A stretch of 63,655 nt of DNA, counting the filler, from Guillardia theta CCMP2712 (taxonomy: Eukaryota; Protista; Cryptophyta): assembly GCF_000315625.1 (NCBI RefSeq). It is 7 parts of 7 records of this genome, joined end to end, with 100 filler letters (N's around TTAATTAATTAA, not from the genome) between each part and the next. Parts side by side here need not be neighbours in the genome. Positions count along the whole stretch, not along the records: positions 13,166 to 32,651 come from NW_005434617.1; positions 32,752 to 48,154 come from NW_005434318.1; 5 more parts are not named here. One strand, written 5' to 3'. The notes under the pieces are model-generated. The model was given only the letters and a program-made list of their open reading frames with translations, had not been told where the DNA came from and searched no databases. Below are positions 24,799 to 36,738 of this stretch, piece after piece; the stretch's first letter is position 1; each line of letters begins with the position of its first letter. Both the position numbers and the translations under genes were made by a program.

Positions 24799-24949
24799 GG
24801 TGTAGAAGCGAAAGGAGAGAAAGGAGAGAGGATGGATGAGAGAAGATGGATGCTTGTGTTGTAGTTGTGGGTGGTGGTGGAGAAGAAGACGATTGTCAAA
24901 AATAAGGGAATTGCAAGAATTTGTTATGGCGGAAGGAATTTGGGGCTTG

Positions 24950-27177
24950 TTAAGAATAGGTTTGAGACTTCACTTTCACTTTCCCGTGCCAGGAGCATTC
25001 AACGCAGGGACACACCTGCTGCTTCCCCTTCTTTTGAGAGGATCCTGCAACATGCTCCTCTCCTCTACTTCTTCTCCTCCGTATCCTGCAGGATCTGCTC
25101 TTTCAGGGCGTTCAACCTGCTCCGCACGTCACGCGCCGGCTCTCCCCTCCTCCTCTCACTCACTTCTCTGGAGTGATGAGAGACCCCGACCCCTCCGCAA
25201 GCGTCTTCCTCGACCTCTGCATGCTCTCGTACACTCCCATGGCGGCGCCGATCTGCCAACGTGGGTCACCTCTCCAAGAAGCAGCATCGCTGACGTCACC
25301 ATGGAGGAAGGGTCCGCAGGGTTGGCAGGAAGGAGCACTGTAGTGCTCTCCTTTGCCACCTTGCTGAAGCCCTCCAGATACTTCTCGGCGATCTTGAGAG
25401 CTACCTGCGATCATGCAGGATTGAGACGAGAAGGGAAGAGAGGAGGAAGAGAGGTGTGCGAAGAGGGTCAACCAAGATTCTCACGCAACCCCATCCCACT
25501 AACGAGAAACAGAGGTATGTCCCTTTCTCTTCCCCTCCCTCCGTCCGCTCCCCCTCCTCCCTGGACTGCCTCCCACCCTCTACTCACAGCGTCTTTTCCT
25601 CCAGCCACTTGGATGGCACCAGCGAGTCTCTCGATACTCTTTGCTGTCGCGTCCGCAACTGCTCCGAGTCAACGCACGGCGGGGAGGAGGAGGAGAGCGA
25701 ACGCAAAGGGAGCGAGCATGAGAGAGCATGCTCAAAGAGCAATCAGTCCTCACCGACTAGGATGGCCTCAGCCTCTCCTCTAGCTTGATTCACTCTCTCC
25801 TGATACTCTCCCTCCGACGCCAGCACCTGTGCTCTCTTCCTTCCCTCCGCGATGTTGATCTCTGAGAACTGCTCTGCCTCGGAGTCGAGGATGTGTGCAC
25901 GTTTCCTCCTCTCTGCCTCAGCCTGCGGCCCAAGAACAGCATCAGCGCACGTTTCCTTCTCGTGGAGGTAGAGACCTGCTGGTCCATGGCCTCCTTGATC
26001 TTCCTGGGAGCCTGGATGTCGCGGATTTCATACCTGACAATTATGATCAGTACATGAAGCATGAAATCTTTTGAGGGCAACATAAGACACAGCTGGAAGT
26101 GGCAGCTGCGAATTTAGAAGGAAGATGGTGGTGAAGGTGGTGGTGGAGGAGAAGGAGAAGGAGGAGGAGGAGGACAGGTAGCAGTTAAGGCAGGAACAGC
26201 GAGATGGAGCAGAGCTCGTATCTTACCTCATGCATTCCACCCCCCATGACTCTGAAGCAGCTTGGATGTTGCGCACAACATTTAGGTTGAGGGTCTCGCT
26301 GACCAGGTGAAGTCTCACTAAACAGGAAACCGAGGAGGAAGGGGAGGAGGAAGGGTGGGGGGGATGCAAGAGGGTGTGTGCGCGGAAGAGTGGGAAGGGG
26401 TAGGGGCTGGGGGGAGAGGGGAACAATCCACTTGTTCTCACCGATCCTTGAACGTCTGGTCGAGGGAAATCTTGCCGATCTCAGATCTCATGGTCGTCTG
26501 AGCCAGCTGGGAAATGGCGAACCAAGCATCTCTCACCCCGTAGGAAGCCTTGTACGCATCCACAATGCGGATGTAGAGGACCCCGTCGATCTGGAGGGTC
26601 ACGTTGTCGGAGGTGATGGCTGTCTGGTTGGGGATGGTAAGGGCCTCCTCCTTGAGGGAGTGTACGTAGGCGATCTGATCAACGAAGGGGATGATGAGGT
26701 TGAGCCCGGGCGCGAGCACAGTGTGAAACTTCCCGAACCTCTCTACAACCTGCGAGATCAGACCTTCGTCAGTGCTCTGCGACCCACGTGGTACTTGCGC
26801 GGACATGATGCAGCCGAGGAGGAGCCGGAAGAGGAGCAGCAGGAGCAGCAGGAGCAGGAGCAGGAGGAGGAAGAGTAGGAGCAGGAGCAGGAGGAAGAGC
26901 AGGAGAAGGAGCAGAAGCAGGAGCAGGAGCAGGAGAAGAGAGAGCTACTTACGTATGCCATCTGGTGGGGTACCACCACTGCTCCTATGTTCCAAGGTTT
27001 GTCTGACCTCCCTCCCGCCATCTGCAGCCTTGCGCCAGACGCATGGAAAGCTCTGGATCCTCTCAGATGCGATGGGTTCCTGGACTTCACAGACGCTGCA
27101 CGGCAAGCCTGCAGGGTCGAGTGGCATCTAGCCGCTACTTTAGAGGCTACAGGACGTAGAAGTTTACGTGTATCCAT
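24950..27177 (-). CDS. STOML2: Stomatin-like protein 2 (SPFH/Band 7, mitochondrial), multi-exon
   Basis: Arg-rich mitochondrial presequence; VVPHQMAY|VVERFGKFHTVLAPGLNLIIPFVDQIAYVHSLKE...QTAITSDNVTLQIDGVLY...SQLAQTTMRSEIGK; WGVECMR|YEIRDI; YLEGFSKVAKESTTVLLPANPADPSSMV. The 3' end is approximate. Confidence 0.9.
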
Positions 27178-27639
27178 GCTGAAAAGAAGTTGCGGCACTG
27201 GGCTAGAATGAGGGAGTGGGCAACTATGGAAGGGTCACGAGAGGGAGGACAAGACTGATGCGACCAACTAGGCGATATGCCAGCGGAATCGATGATACAG
27301 AAGAAGGATACGAGGATGTAGAGGGAAGGAGGAAGGGTTTAGTTGTGGGAAAAGGTCACGACTCCCAACGATAGCCGACGGCTATGTCGAGAGTAAAGCG
27401 GTTGAGATGTGGAGGAGAAGGGAAGAGGAGAAGGGGTCAGAGCAGCTAGAGTTGAAGCTGCTGGGGTAGCAGCTGGGGAGAGGATGGGAGGGAGGAGGTT
27501 GTGGAGACTGAGGGGGGGGAGGACGGGAAGAAGGAGAGGAAGGAGGAGCGAGGATTGCTGCACGCATACAGTCATAACGGGAATATAACGGATATTGATG
27601 AACCGTTACATTAAACGTTGTGTCGATGATTACTGGCAG

Positions 27640-28075
27640 AAGTGCTGCCGGCCCGGCGCTGGCTGGCGCGGCCGCGCCGGGCGCGGCCGCGCGCCGCGGC
27701 AGGGCAGGCTACCCTTCTGACGGTCTTCTTCTGACGGACTTAACTTTGAGTAGAGACGGGCAGGGGCCGAGTCACTCCGCCGCCGCCCCGCCCGGCCACG
27801 GCACGGTCCGATCATGACTCAGCCGGGCCCCGCCCGGGCCGGCCGTGCCGGCCCTGGTGACTGATCGGACCGTCAGTCGGACCGTAGGAAAGACCGTACT
27901 ACGGTAGGAGGCTGAGCCGGGGGCCGGGGCGGCAGTCTGCCCGGCCCGGCCGGGGGCAGTCACAGTTCGGAATTGATATGAAAATTTACGGTTCAAAACG
28001 CTTGACGTGCCTGACGGCATGGCGGGAGAGTGAAAGGACCGAATCATGCCGCGATCAGAGTCGCTCGCAGCGGCC
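27640..28075. repeat. GC-rich short-palindrome block between divergent genes
   Basis: gcggccgcgccgggcgcggccgc, acggtccgatcatgactcagccgggcc and gatcggaccgt. Confidence 0.6.
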
Positions 28076-28205
28076 AGGTGAGGATGAGCCTTGAAGGCTG
28101 ACGACTGAAGAGAAGGCTGTTGATAGAGGAAGGGAGGGAGGAGGGGAGGACTTGGAGAAATCAGATAGAAGGCCGGGAGGAAGGCTGCAGAAGCACAGGA
28201 CGAGA

Positions 28206-31200
28206 ATGTTCATGCGAGCATTGAGGGGATCATGATCAAACACAGCACAGATTACCAGCTGATGTACAGCGAGGTGGTTCAAAAGTTGGACAGATAAGGA
28301 ATGTGCTGTCGAAATGGCAACCATGACCTTTGAACTTGTTCACTTCAATGATTTGACACTGACTCGGATCACGAATTCTCTCGCGCCAGCAGGGAGGTCC
28401 TGGAGAGCCCTATCCTGAGACGTCCTGTATCAAGGAGGACAGCAGCGTATGCTGATGCTCGACCAGGGAAAGACAGGTAGGGCACTATTTTCCTCCGAGA
28501 CTGGCTGTGATGGGACATGCCTGCAGCCAACATCAACCCGCCTCAAGAGCTCGCCGCAGCCTGTCTGACGTGAGTTCGACACTGAGAGGACAGATGCGTC
28601 GGTGCTTGTTCTGAGACCTCGATCTTTACCTCCAGTCCGAGGACGAAAGATCTCCTGTCCTCTCGCAAGACCAGGGCCTGATGGACTCTATCAAAAGGTA
28701 GGGCGTGGAGAAGCCGTTTGCCGCCATGATCGCTTTCTCCTCGCAAGGCTGCTGGAGAAGAAGGCGAAGGCGGCACAACAAAGCTCACAGTCAAGTCCAA
28801 AGAAGAACAAAGAGGCTCATCGGGTACTTGCGAAGTTAATGATGAGCTCCAGTTTATGAGCAATGGTCGCAGAAGGTCGAAAGGAAGTCATCGCCGAGAC
28901 TATGGCAGCCCTTGTTGATGTTGGTTGCGCTTCTCACGACAATGGCAGGGAGAACGAGCCGGTTGAAGTCTACAAGCTGAAGAAGAAGGTGAGGATGGAG
29001 AGATGGCGCGAGATTCGTTGGAGCGCTGTTGTCGTGACTTCATATCTGTGCCAGATTGCTGAGATGCAGAGGCATCATGAGCAGGTTGGTGGGAGGCGCC
29101 GGGAAAGGTGGAGGGTCGAGTCATGTTGCTTCGATCAGTCGTTGAAAGAAGCTCACGCCTTGCTGCTGGAGTACGAGCGAGAGAACGTTGGAAGGTGAGG
29201 ATTGAGCAGGATGACGATGTTCATGCTCGGAACATACCTGGAGTCTGTCGCGTTCGCCCCTCACTCCCCAACTCATCGTGCGATGTTGACAGTTGGTGAT
29301 TTTGTTGTCGATAGTGCGACAGCCGCCCTGCCCGCCGCCACGAGCGATCACAACAAGGTTTACGCGCTGGTTGCTGCAAGACTTGTTGTGCATCAGTTCT
29401 CATCTTGTCTGCTAGACGTCTCCCAGTAACACACGAGATCCTGAATTCATCAAGAAGAACTGGATCGGTCTGGAGGACATTCTAAGAGGTGACTTGCTCG
29501 CCTTCCCTCCTCGATGCTCATTCTCCCCGTGTTGTCATCCTGGAAGACTCCGGCGATGCCTCGCAGGACGGAGGCAGCGGGGCTTCGAGTCTAGTGGAGC
29601 GGAAGAAGGTGGGGAGGGAGGAGATGTTTCAGCGAGGTCGGAGCAGCACGAGCTCGTCGAGCAACTTGCAGGGCCCGTTCGAGATCGTCCCGGCGGCTGA
29701 GGAGGAGCTGGTGGCAGAGCGGGACAGGAGCGCGAGGCTACAGAGAGACTTGGCGAGCTGCCAGTCATTCCTGCGGGACCTTGTCGCCTCGCTGGATACG
29801 TTCAGGGAGGAGGGAGCCGAGATGTCGAGGAGGATCGTAGAGGCGGAGGATGCGAGGAGGGAGACAGTAAGCAGTGTGAGGATGCAGAACTCGAGGCTGC
29901 TGGGAGCGTTAAGGGACGCCATGTCGGAGAAGGAGGAGCTAGAGAAGCAAGTGAAGGGTAGGAAGGGCCAGGGTGAAGGGCCAGAGCCTGACGTGCCTGT
30001 CTTAGTCCTGAGCGCAAAGTGCGAGGAGAGCGCGAGGGGGAAGGAGGAAGATCAGCGGAAGATCGAAGGCCTGCAGGCGGAGTGCAGGAGGCTGTCGCAG
30101 GCCGTGGAGGCGATGAAAAATGTGGAAGTGAGCGGAGAAAAGGAGATGGGGGAGCTGCAGGTGAAGTATGAGAGGACGGCAGCGTCGTGACTGACGGCAT
30201 GGCAGAGGAGAGTGGCAATCTCGCAGAGTGACCTAGTCCAGGAGAGGAAGGCGAGGCTGAAGCTGCAGGTAGACAGTTGACTGTCGGGGCGGGTGGTTGA
30301 CAGGAAGGAAGGATGAGATTGAGAAGCTCAAGGAAGCGGGGGAGAAGAACGAGGCGGAGGGTCAGAGGTTGGAGAGAATCATCTCCGACAACGAGCAGGC
30401 GATTGAGAAGGTAAATCTGCGTCCTCCTCCTCTTGCTCTTGTCTTGCTCCTCCTCCAACCTCTTCTGTCCCCCCCGCCCCCCTCGTTCTTCTCCTCCTCA
30501 TCATCAACATCATCATCAACTTTGCGTCCAACTGCTGCTCCCACCTTCCCCGTCCCCCTCCTTTTCCTTCTGACTGTCCAAGAAGCTTTTGAAAGGGCAG
30601 GAAATCCTCAAGGAGGAGGGGAGGCAGAAGGAGGCGGAGATCGACTGGCTCAAGTCAGAGGAGAGGAGGAGAGCTGAAGAGATCGAGAGGCTGTCCCGCG
30701 AGCTCTCTGTTGAGCGCACCAAGAGGTCAGCTGTGAAGTCTTTATGTCCTGCCTGACTCGCTGAACCTCCGGCGGCAGCGAGGAGGTGCAGGCGCAGCTG
30801 AAGCACTCAAGCGATCTCGTGAAGGAGCTGAGGCAGGTGGTCCTCCTGAAAGACGACGAGGTAGCTACCTGCTTCTTCTCCTCCTTCTCCTCCTGCTCCT
30901 TCTCCTGCTCCTCCTGCTCTTCCTCCTTCTCTTCCTCCTCCTCTTCATCATCACCATCCTCCTCCTCCTTTTCCTCCTTCTCTCCTCCTGGTCCTCCAAC
31001 AACACAACCACCACCTTCTCCTCCTTTTTGAGAGCCGGCTTGCAGATCAATCAGATCGAGCTGCAATCCGCCATGAAGGACAGGAAGCTCGAGCTCTACG
31101 GCAATTCCATCAGGTTGTCAACTGTCGTCGCATTCCCACGGCTTACTCGTTTGCCAATGCACAGAGAATTGGAGGATGTCAAGTTTGAGCTGGTACTGAA

Positions 31201-32530
31201 ATTCCTCCTCTCTCCTCCTCCTCCTCATCCTCCTCTCTCCTCTTCCTCCTCCTCCTCTCTCCTCCTCCTCCTCCTCCTCCTCCTCCTGTACTTTCATCCC
31301 TCTTACCCGACAGTTCTAACATGCAAGAAATTCCCTTGTCTTCCTCAGGAGTCTCAGGTCAAACAGCTCAAGGCTGAAAGGAAGACGTTAGTCGAGGCCG
31401 GCGAGCGTGCCGAGCGGGAGAAAGTTGACGCGGAGGAGAGAAGTAAAGCAATCATTTCGCTGGCAGGACACGTTCGTGTTGACTGTGTGTTGTTTGTCCA
31501 GTGATCGCGTACAAGGAGGAGGTTCAGTTGCTGCAAGCTGCTAGCAGAGAGCAGGAGAGGGCGCGGGAGCAAGGTGAGGTGTACTTGTACCATAACGAGG
31601 ACTACTGAGGGGTGCTCTTCCTCAGCCAGTATGAGAGACAGCACAGCAAGCATGACAGCATTCCCTCCTCGCAAAGGTGCCGAGGAGAGGAGCGCCTGCT
31701 AGTGTTGCTGAGTCTTGTTGTCAGATGCGACAACACAGAGTTCTCAAGTATTCCGATGCTTGTTTGTAACCCAAGGTGATGATGGTGTCTCGTCTGCAGC
31801 AGGAGAATTTCCCCAACTTCCTCGCGGGGCTCGAGACTTCTCAGTCGACAAGGTCGTTACACTATCCTTGCTGCCTGCCCTTTGACATGACGATGCGCCA
31901 GGACGCTGCAAGGCACGAGCAACACCAAGAAGGTATGAGAAGAGAGATGAAGGGAGGGAGGAGAGAGGGGAGGGAGGAAGAGAAGGAAGGGAGGGAGGGA
32001 GAGAAGGAAGGGAGGGAACGGAGTAGCTCTCGAAGCAGACTTGCTGACTTTTCCTCTAAAGCTTGAAGACTTCGAGCTGAGCTGGAAGTTGTATTCTGAC
32101 TCTGTTCACCTCCGCGTCCTCGACCTCGACCGGACTTCGTCCTCTAGTGAGTTTCGACCGAGGCAGCCCCGAGGGCGGGGGGCACGAGCTGACGCCTGGA
32201 GCTCGCAGTCGAGAAGTGCCTGGCGATCCTGGACGCTGCTCTTGCCAGGTAGCAACGCGGACGAGCTGTGGGCTATGCATGCAGGATGGTGATGCTTTCA
32301 GCGACAGAAACAGCGTCAGTCGGGAGAGCGAGCAGCAGGAGCTCATGGCAGTGAAGGAAGTGCCCAACACTGCTGCTTGTCTGACCCCCTGCCATTTGCC
32401 GTGCTGATGCTGAAATGTATCTACATAGGTGGGAACATGGCCCCTCAGTCTTTATTGACACAAGCTCTCTTCAACATGGAAGACATATCGGTGATTACGC
32501 AGAACTTGATGTCTCCCTCATCGCCCCGTT
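28206..32530 (+). CDS. Multi-exon coiled-coil protein
   Basis: Glu/Arg/Lys/Leu heptad exons (AERDRSARLQRDLASCQSFLRDLVASL, QRKIEGLQAECRRLSQAVEAM, DEIEKLKEAGEKNEAEGQRLERII) separated by SSR-rich introns. Boundaries are approximate. Confidence 0.6.
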
Positions 32531-32751
32531 CCCTCGCCCTCATTTCCTTCACTGTTTGTACTCTTCCCCATTCCACTCCTTCTCCTCTGCTTCTCCCCTT
32601 CCCCTCCCCTTCCTCTCCCTTTCCTCTCCCTTCCATTCCCCTTCCTCGACCNNNNNNNNNNNNNNNNNNNNNNNNNNNNNNNNNNNNNNNNNNNNTTAAT
32701 TAATTAANNNNNNNNNNNNNNNNNNNNNNNNNNNNNNNNNNNNNNNNNNNN

Positions 32752-34058
32752 CCGTCCTCGCAAGCGATCGCACTGCAGTTGCGACATGTCGTGTCTGACG
32801 TCCCGTTACACGAAATGCTTTCAAATTGATTATCTGAACAACTTTGAGCAAGACGTACATCGACCTGCAGCAAGACCTAAGCCGAAAAAAAACCCCAAAA
32901 CTATACAAGTACCACTGATAACAAACCCATGTGGACACAACGAAAAAACGAGCAGCTCGTCCCGCTATACCCCTCGTAGCAGTCGCACTCCCCCGTCTAG
33001 CCCCGTTTGCACCGCCCGTTCCCGCTGCAGTTCTTGAGCATGTCGCACTCCTCCGTGCAGCTCGCTCCGTACGAGTTCCTCCCGCACACTCCTCCTCCCC
33101 CTCCTCCTCCCCCGCCCGTCCCCTCTGAGCAGCTCGTCCCGCTATACCCCTCGTAGCAGTCGCACTCCCCCGTCTGCCCGTTGCACCGCCCGTTCCCGCT
33201 GCAGTTCTTGAGCATGTCGCACTCCTCCGTGCAGCTCGCTCCGTACGAGTTCCTCCCGCACACTCCTCCTCCCCCTCCTCCGCCCCCGCCCGTCCCCTCT
33301 GAGCAGCTCGTCCCGCTATACCCCTCGTAGCAGTCGCACTCCCCCGTCTGCCCGTTGCACCGCCCGTTCCCGCTGCAGTTCTTGAGCATGTCGCACTCCT
33401 CCGTGCAGCTCGCTCCGTACGAGTTCCTCCCGCTCCTCCTCCTCCTCCTCCTCCGCCCCCGCCCGTCCCCTCTGAGCAGCTCGTCCCGCTATACCCCTCG
33501 TAGCAGTCGCACTCCCCTCGTCTGCCCTCTGAGAGCAGCTCGTCCCGCTATACCCCTCGTAGCAGTCGCACTCCCCCGTCTGCCCGTTGCACCGGCCGTT
33601 CCCGCTGCAGTTCTTGAGCAAGTCGCAGATCAAATTACAGCCAGTTGCATATTGGTTTCTTGCGCAGATTGACTGTGGGAGGGCTTTGGATGTATTGAAT
33701 GTCATGTTGAATTGAATGGTAATTGTCGTGTTAGTTCTTGGATACAAATTTTGTTCTGTCACATTGCTGGCCTAAGATAGAGTATTTTCAAAAATCAAAG
33801 TTGTTGTGAAAGGATTGGAAAGATTTTACCTGGTTGAGGTTGAAGATTCCGAGAAGCAGCAAGATGGCGAAGGAGATTCTCAGTCTGAGAGGATTCCTGC
33901 GTTGGATGGGATTAGTACATTTGTATCTCAGCAGCTGTGAGAAACAGAGTGTTCAACCACACTGAGGAAACTGATTTTTCGGTTCCGAACCTTACTAGCA
34001 CCGGGACAGCACAGAACAAAACCGCAAAGATAGAGCAAGCAGCATGTTCGCTCACCAT
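32752..34058 (-). CDS. 5' part of a secreted/surface protein: hydrophobic leader, EGF-like repeats, then TNFR-like CxxC repeat; truncated at linker, with apparent frameshifts
   Basis: RISFAILLLLGIFNLNQ|ASNVTEQ...; repeats of CSGNGRCNGQTGECDCYEGYSGTSC; ends in CNGTSDTTCRNCSAIACEDG. Confidence 0.7.
32951..33620. repeat. 174-bp (58-codon) tandem EGF-coding repeat, about 3.5-4 copies
   Basis: ctgagcagctcgtcccgctatacccc at 33125 and 33299, with further copies near 32951, 33472 and 33534. Confidence 0.9.
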
Positions 34059-34619
34059 ATAATCCTTCGATGTTCGTTGATTCCTCGCCTCCGCCCTCTC
34101 TGCCGCTGGTCCCGCCCAATATCTCGCATACCCCCTTGCATTGCGCGCCCACTTATCTATCAACTTCCAAGGAAGTTAAAAATATTTTTGCTTGAATCTA
34201 TTGAGATTACACTTATTTTTAACCCAAAACTTTCTAAATAGCATACCTCAATGTAAATTATGTATAATTCGCCCTAATTTAACCGTTTTACTTGTAATTT
34301 AGCAACTTTGTCCCCCACGGTGACTACACAGTACTGCAAAATAAACACATTCCACTTAAAATTAACTAAACTGTCTTGCGCCTGCCCCTATCTTCCGTTG
34401 TCATCATCCCTCATGCCGCCGGGCCGACCCGGCAGCGGGCGGGCCTACTAGACTCACGGCCGGGTGCAACCGTCCGACTCGGTGAGTCACACGGGGCCGA
34501 GGTGACGGAGCACAAGTGCTCAAGACCGAGTTTAATGCACACGAAACCAGAATTGAGGAGCATATGACAGATAGACGGTATGCTAGGACATAAAACCCAA
34601 GCCGCATCCAGACATGAGA

Positions 34620-36700
34620 GGACCTTAGCAAGACGGCTAGGAAAGCCCCCTCTTCGTCACACATGCTACATGGCCGCCTTGAAACACGTAAGTCGTCTTG
34701 GTTTACAGGAGAGTTTTTGTTAACTCGGCGCTATCTGACTGGCACGGCTGGCATACGATCCATCACGAGGCCTGGTGGAGTCAGTCCACAGCGATAGGGC
34801 CGCCCCGCTGGCTGCACTGCTTGTGTACTGCTTCAGCACTGCGGCACAGGTAGGCCGCGTAGTAGCGGCTACCGCAGGCCCGGACAGCGCCAGTCCGGCT
34901 CGGAGGACACTCAGGGACTTGAATCATGCAGAGATGTCTCGGATCCTTCCTCTCCATGTCTACTAAACAAGAAGTTAAAAGGTCCAAGGTAACCTTGAGT
35001 CAGAGCCTGGTGGTCAAACGTGGCCAGAGGCAATCAAACAAACTGAAAACTACTCCAGCTCATCACTCTGCTGGTTGATTTGACTCAAAGGCTTGACTCT
35101 CATTCGACTCCCGCGCCTCGGACTCCTTGTCATGCTTCCACTGACAGACTCTTCCCCTCCCCTCCCCTCTCCTCTCCTCCCCTTCTCGTCTCCTTCCTCC
35201 CCTCCCCTCTCGTCTCCTTCCGCTCTCCTCTCGTTTATCTACTCCCTCCGCTTTTCCTCCCTTCCCTTCCCTCCCTTCTTTATCTTCCCATTGTGCACCT
35301 TTGCCAGTTCATCCTGCAAGTCCGCTGATGCCTGCAGCACTGAAAGTCAAGCGCGGACAGGAGCGAAGGAGAAGCCAACTTTGACACTTCAGCCTTGAGC
35401 GACGAGATCGTCTGCAGTGCAAGAGCTCAGCTACTCACAGCTCCTGCCTCTCCTCTGCTCTCCTCTCCTCTCCTCTCCTCTCCTCTCCTCTCCTCTCCTC
35501 TCCTCTCCTCTCCTCTCCTCTCCTCTCCTCTCCTCTCCTCTCCTCTCCTCTCCTCTCCTCTCCTCTCCTCTCCCCCTACCGAGTTGAATTGTGCGTTGCG
35601 AGAGCAGGAAGTCTTGCTGATTCTGTCGTTCTCTTGCTGCGAGAGCGGTAGTCAGCTCCGACTTCGATGCCGAGATCCTCCACCTCCAGTTCCTTCACGG
35701 CCGCTGTCAAGCTCTCCACCTGCTCTTCCAGCTCTTTGACGCGATCCTACTAGGAGTCAGAGCGGCTCGACGGCTTTTCAGCTTTGCCTTCATGTGATCC
35801 TCCTTCTTTGCCCAACTCGCCCGCGATGCAGAGAGCTCCTGGTCCTGCTTCTTCATCAGAGCTGTGAGCTCCTTTTCATGCGCAGCCTCCATCTGCATCA
35901 ACGGTTGACAGATGTCGTCACGCCTCATCCCTTGACCTCGGCCTTGTTGTCTGCTGCTTCTTTCCTGATATGCCGCAACTTCTCTTCCACTGTGGAGCAG
36001 GAGCGTGAGAGACATCGAGGGGCAGGAGACTGTCACATGTCACAAGCTGATCTCTCATATTCTCGCATTCTATCTCCGTCGAGGCATAATGTTCCTTGAG
36101 GCTCGAGATCTCAACGATGCCGTCACGTCTCAGTCTTGCATGCAAGATTCACCTGTGTGCTCAGCGTTGCAACTTTCCTTTTCTCGATGGCGAATGCCTC
36201 CTGATAGAGCAGTTCAGTCCCATCCACGTACTCAGGGTACCACGATACCTCAGCGCGCATGGCGCGGAGCTTCTCCTTGTCAATCGACTATAGCCGACAG
36301 AAGTGGATTGTCGTGCTCGTTATGTTTTAGTAAACGCAGCAGTGATTGCTCTGGTGCTCTCCCACATTCCTGAAGGTTGTGTATACAACACATCTTTCTT
36401 TATTCACATTTTTTATGTTAATGCTTGTTGTTGCAGATAATTTTATACAACTAGTTTTTGGTTGGGAAGGCGTTGGATTGTGTTCGTATCTATTAATCAA
36501 TTTTTGGGCGACTGGAGATCAACCTATGTCTGCCCTTGCGGGGTTCTCAGGTGAAAACTCAGCTGGAAGGGAGTTGGATTGATTGTGACGCAGGCTGACA
36601 TGGACAGAGCCTCTTTCGTACAGATCGGGCTTGTGCCGGTCTGACATACAAGGACGAATGGGAACTGCACAACGAGCAACGAAGAACCTCACAAACTCTA
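34620..36700 (-). CDS. Probable multi-exon coiled-coil protein
   Basis: Exon-like segments [59 protein letters not shown] and [21 protein letters not shown]. Ends are uncertain. Confidence 0.45.
36391..36507 (+). pseudogene. nad5: NUMT: fragment of mitochondrial nad5
   Basis: AT-rich island translating [39 protein letters not shown], the canonical ND5 motif. Confidence 0.9.
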
Positions 36701-36738
36701 GACATTCATTACATCGCCTTATAAGCGTCATTACCTCA

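Noticed and set aside
36346-36582. Functional nuclear nad5 gene
   Set aside because: Only 39 codons match ND5 and the flanks are unrelated.
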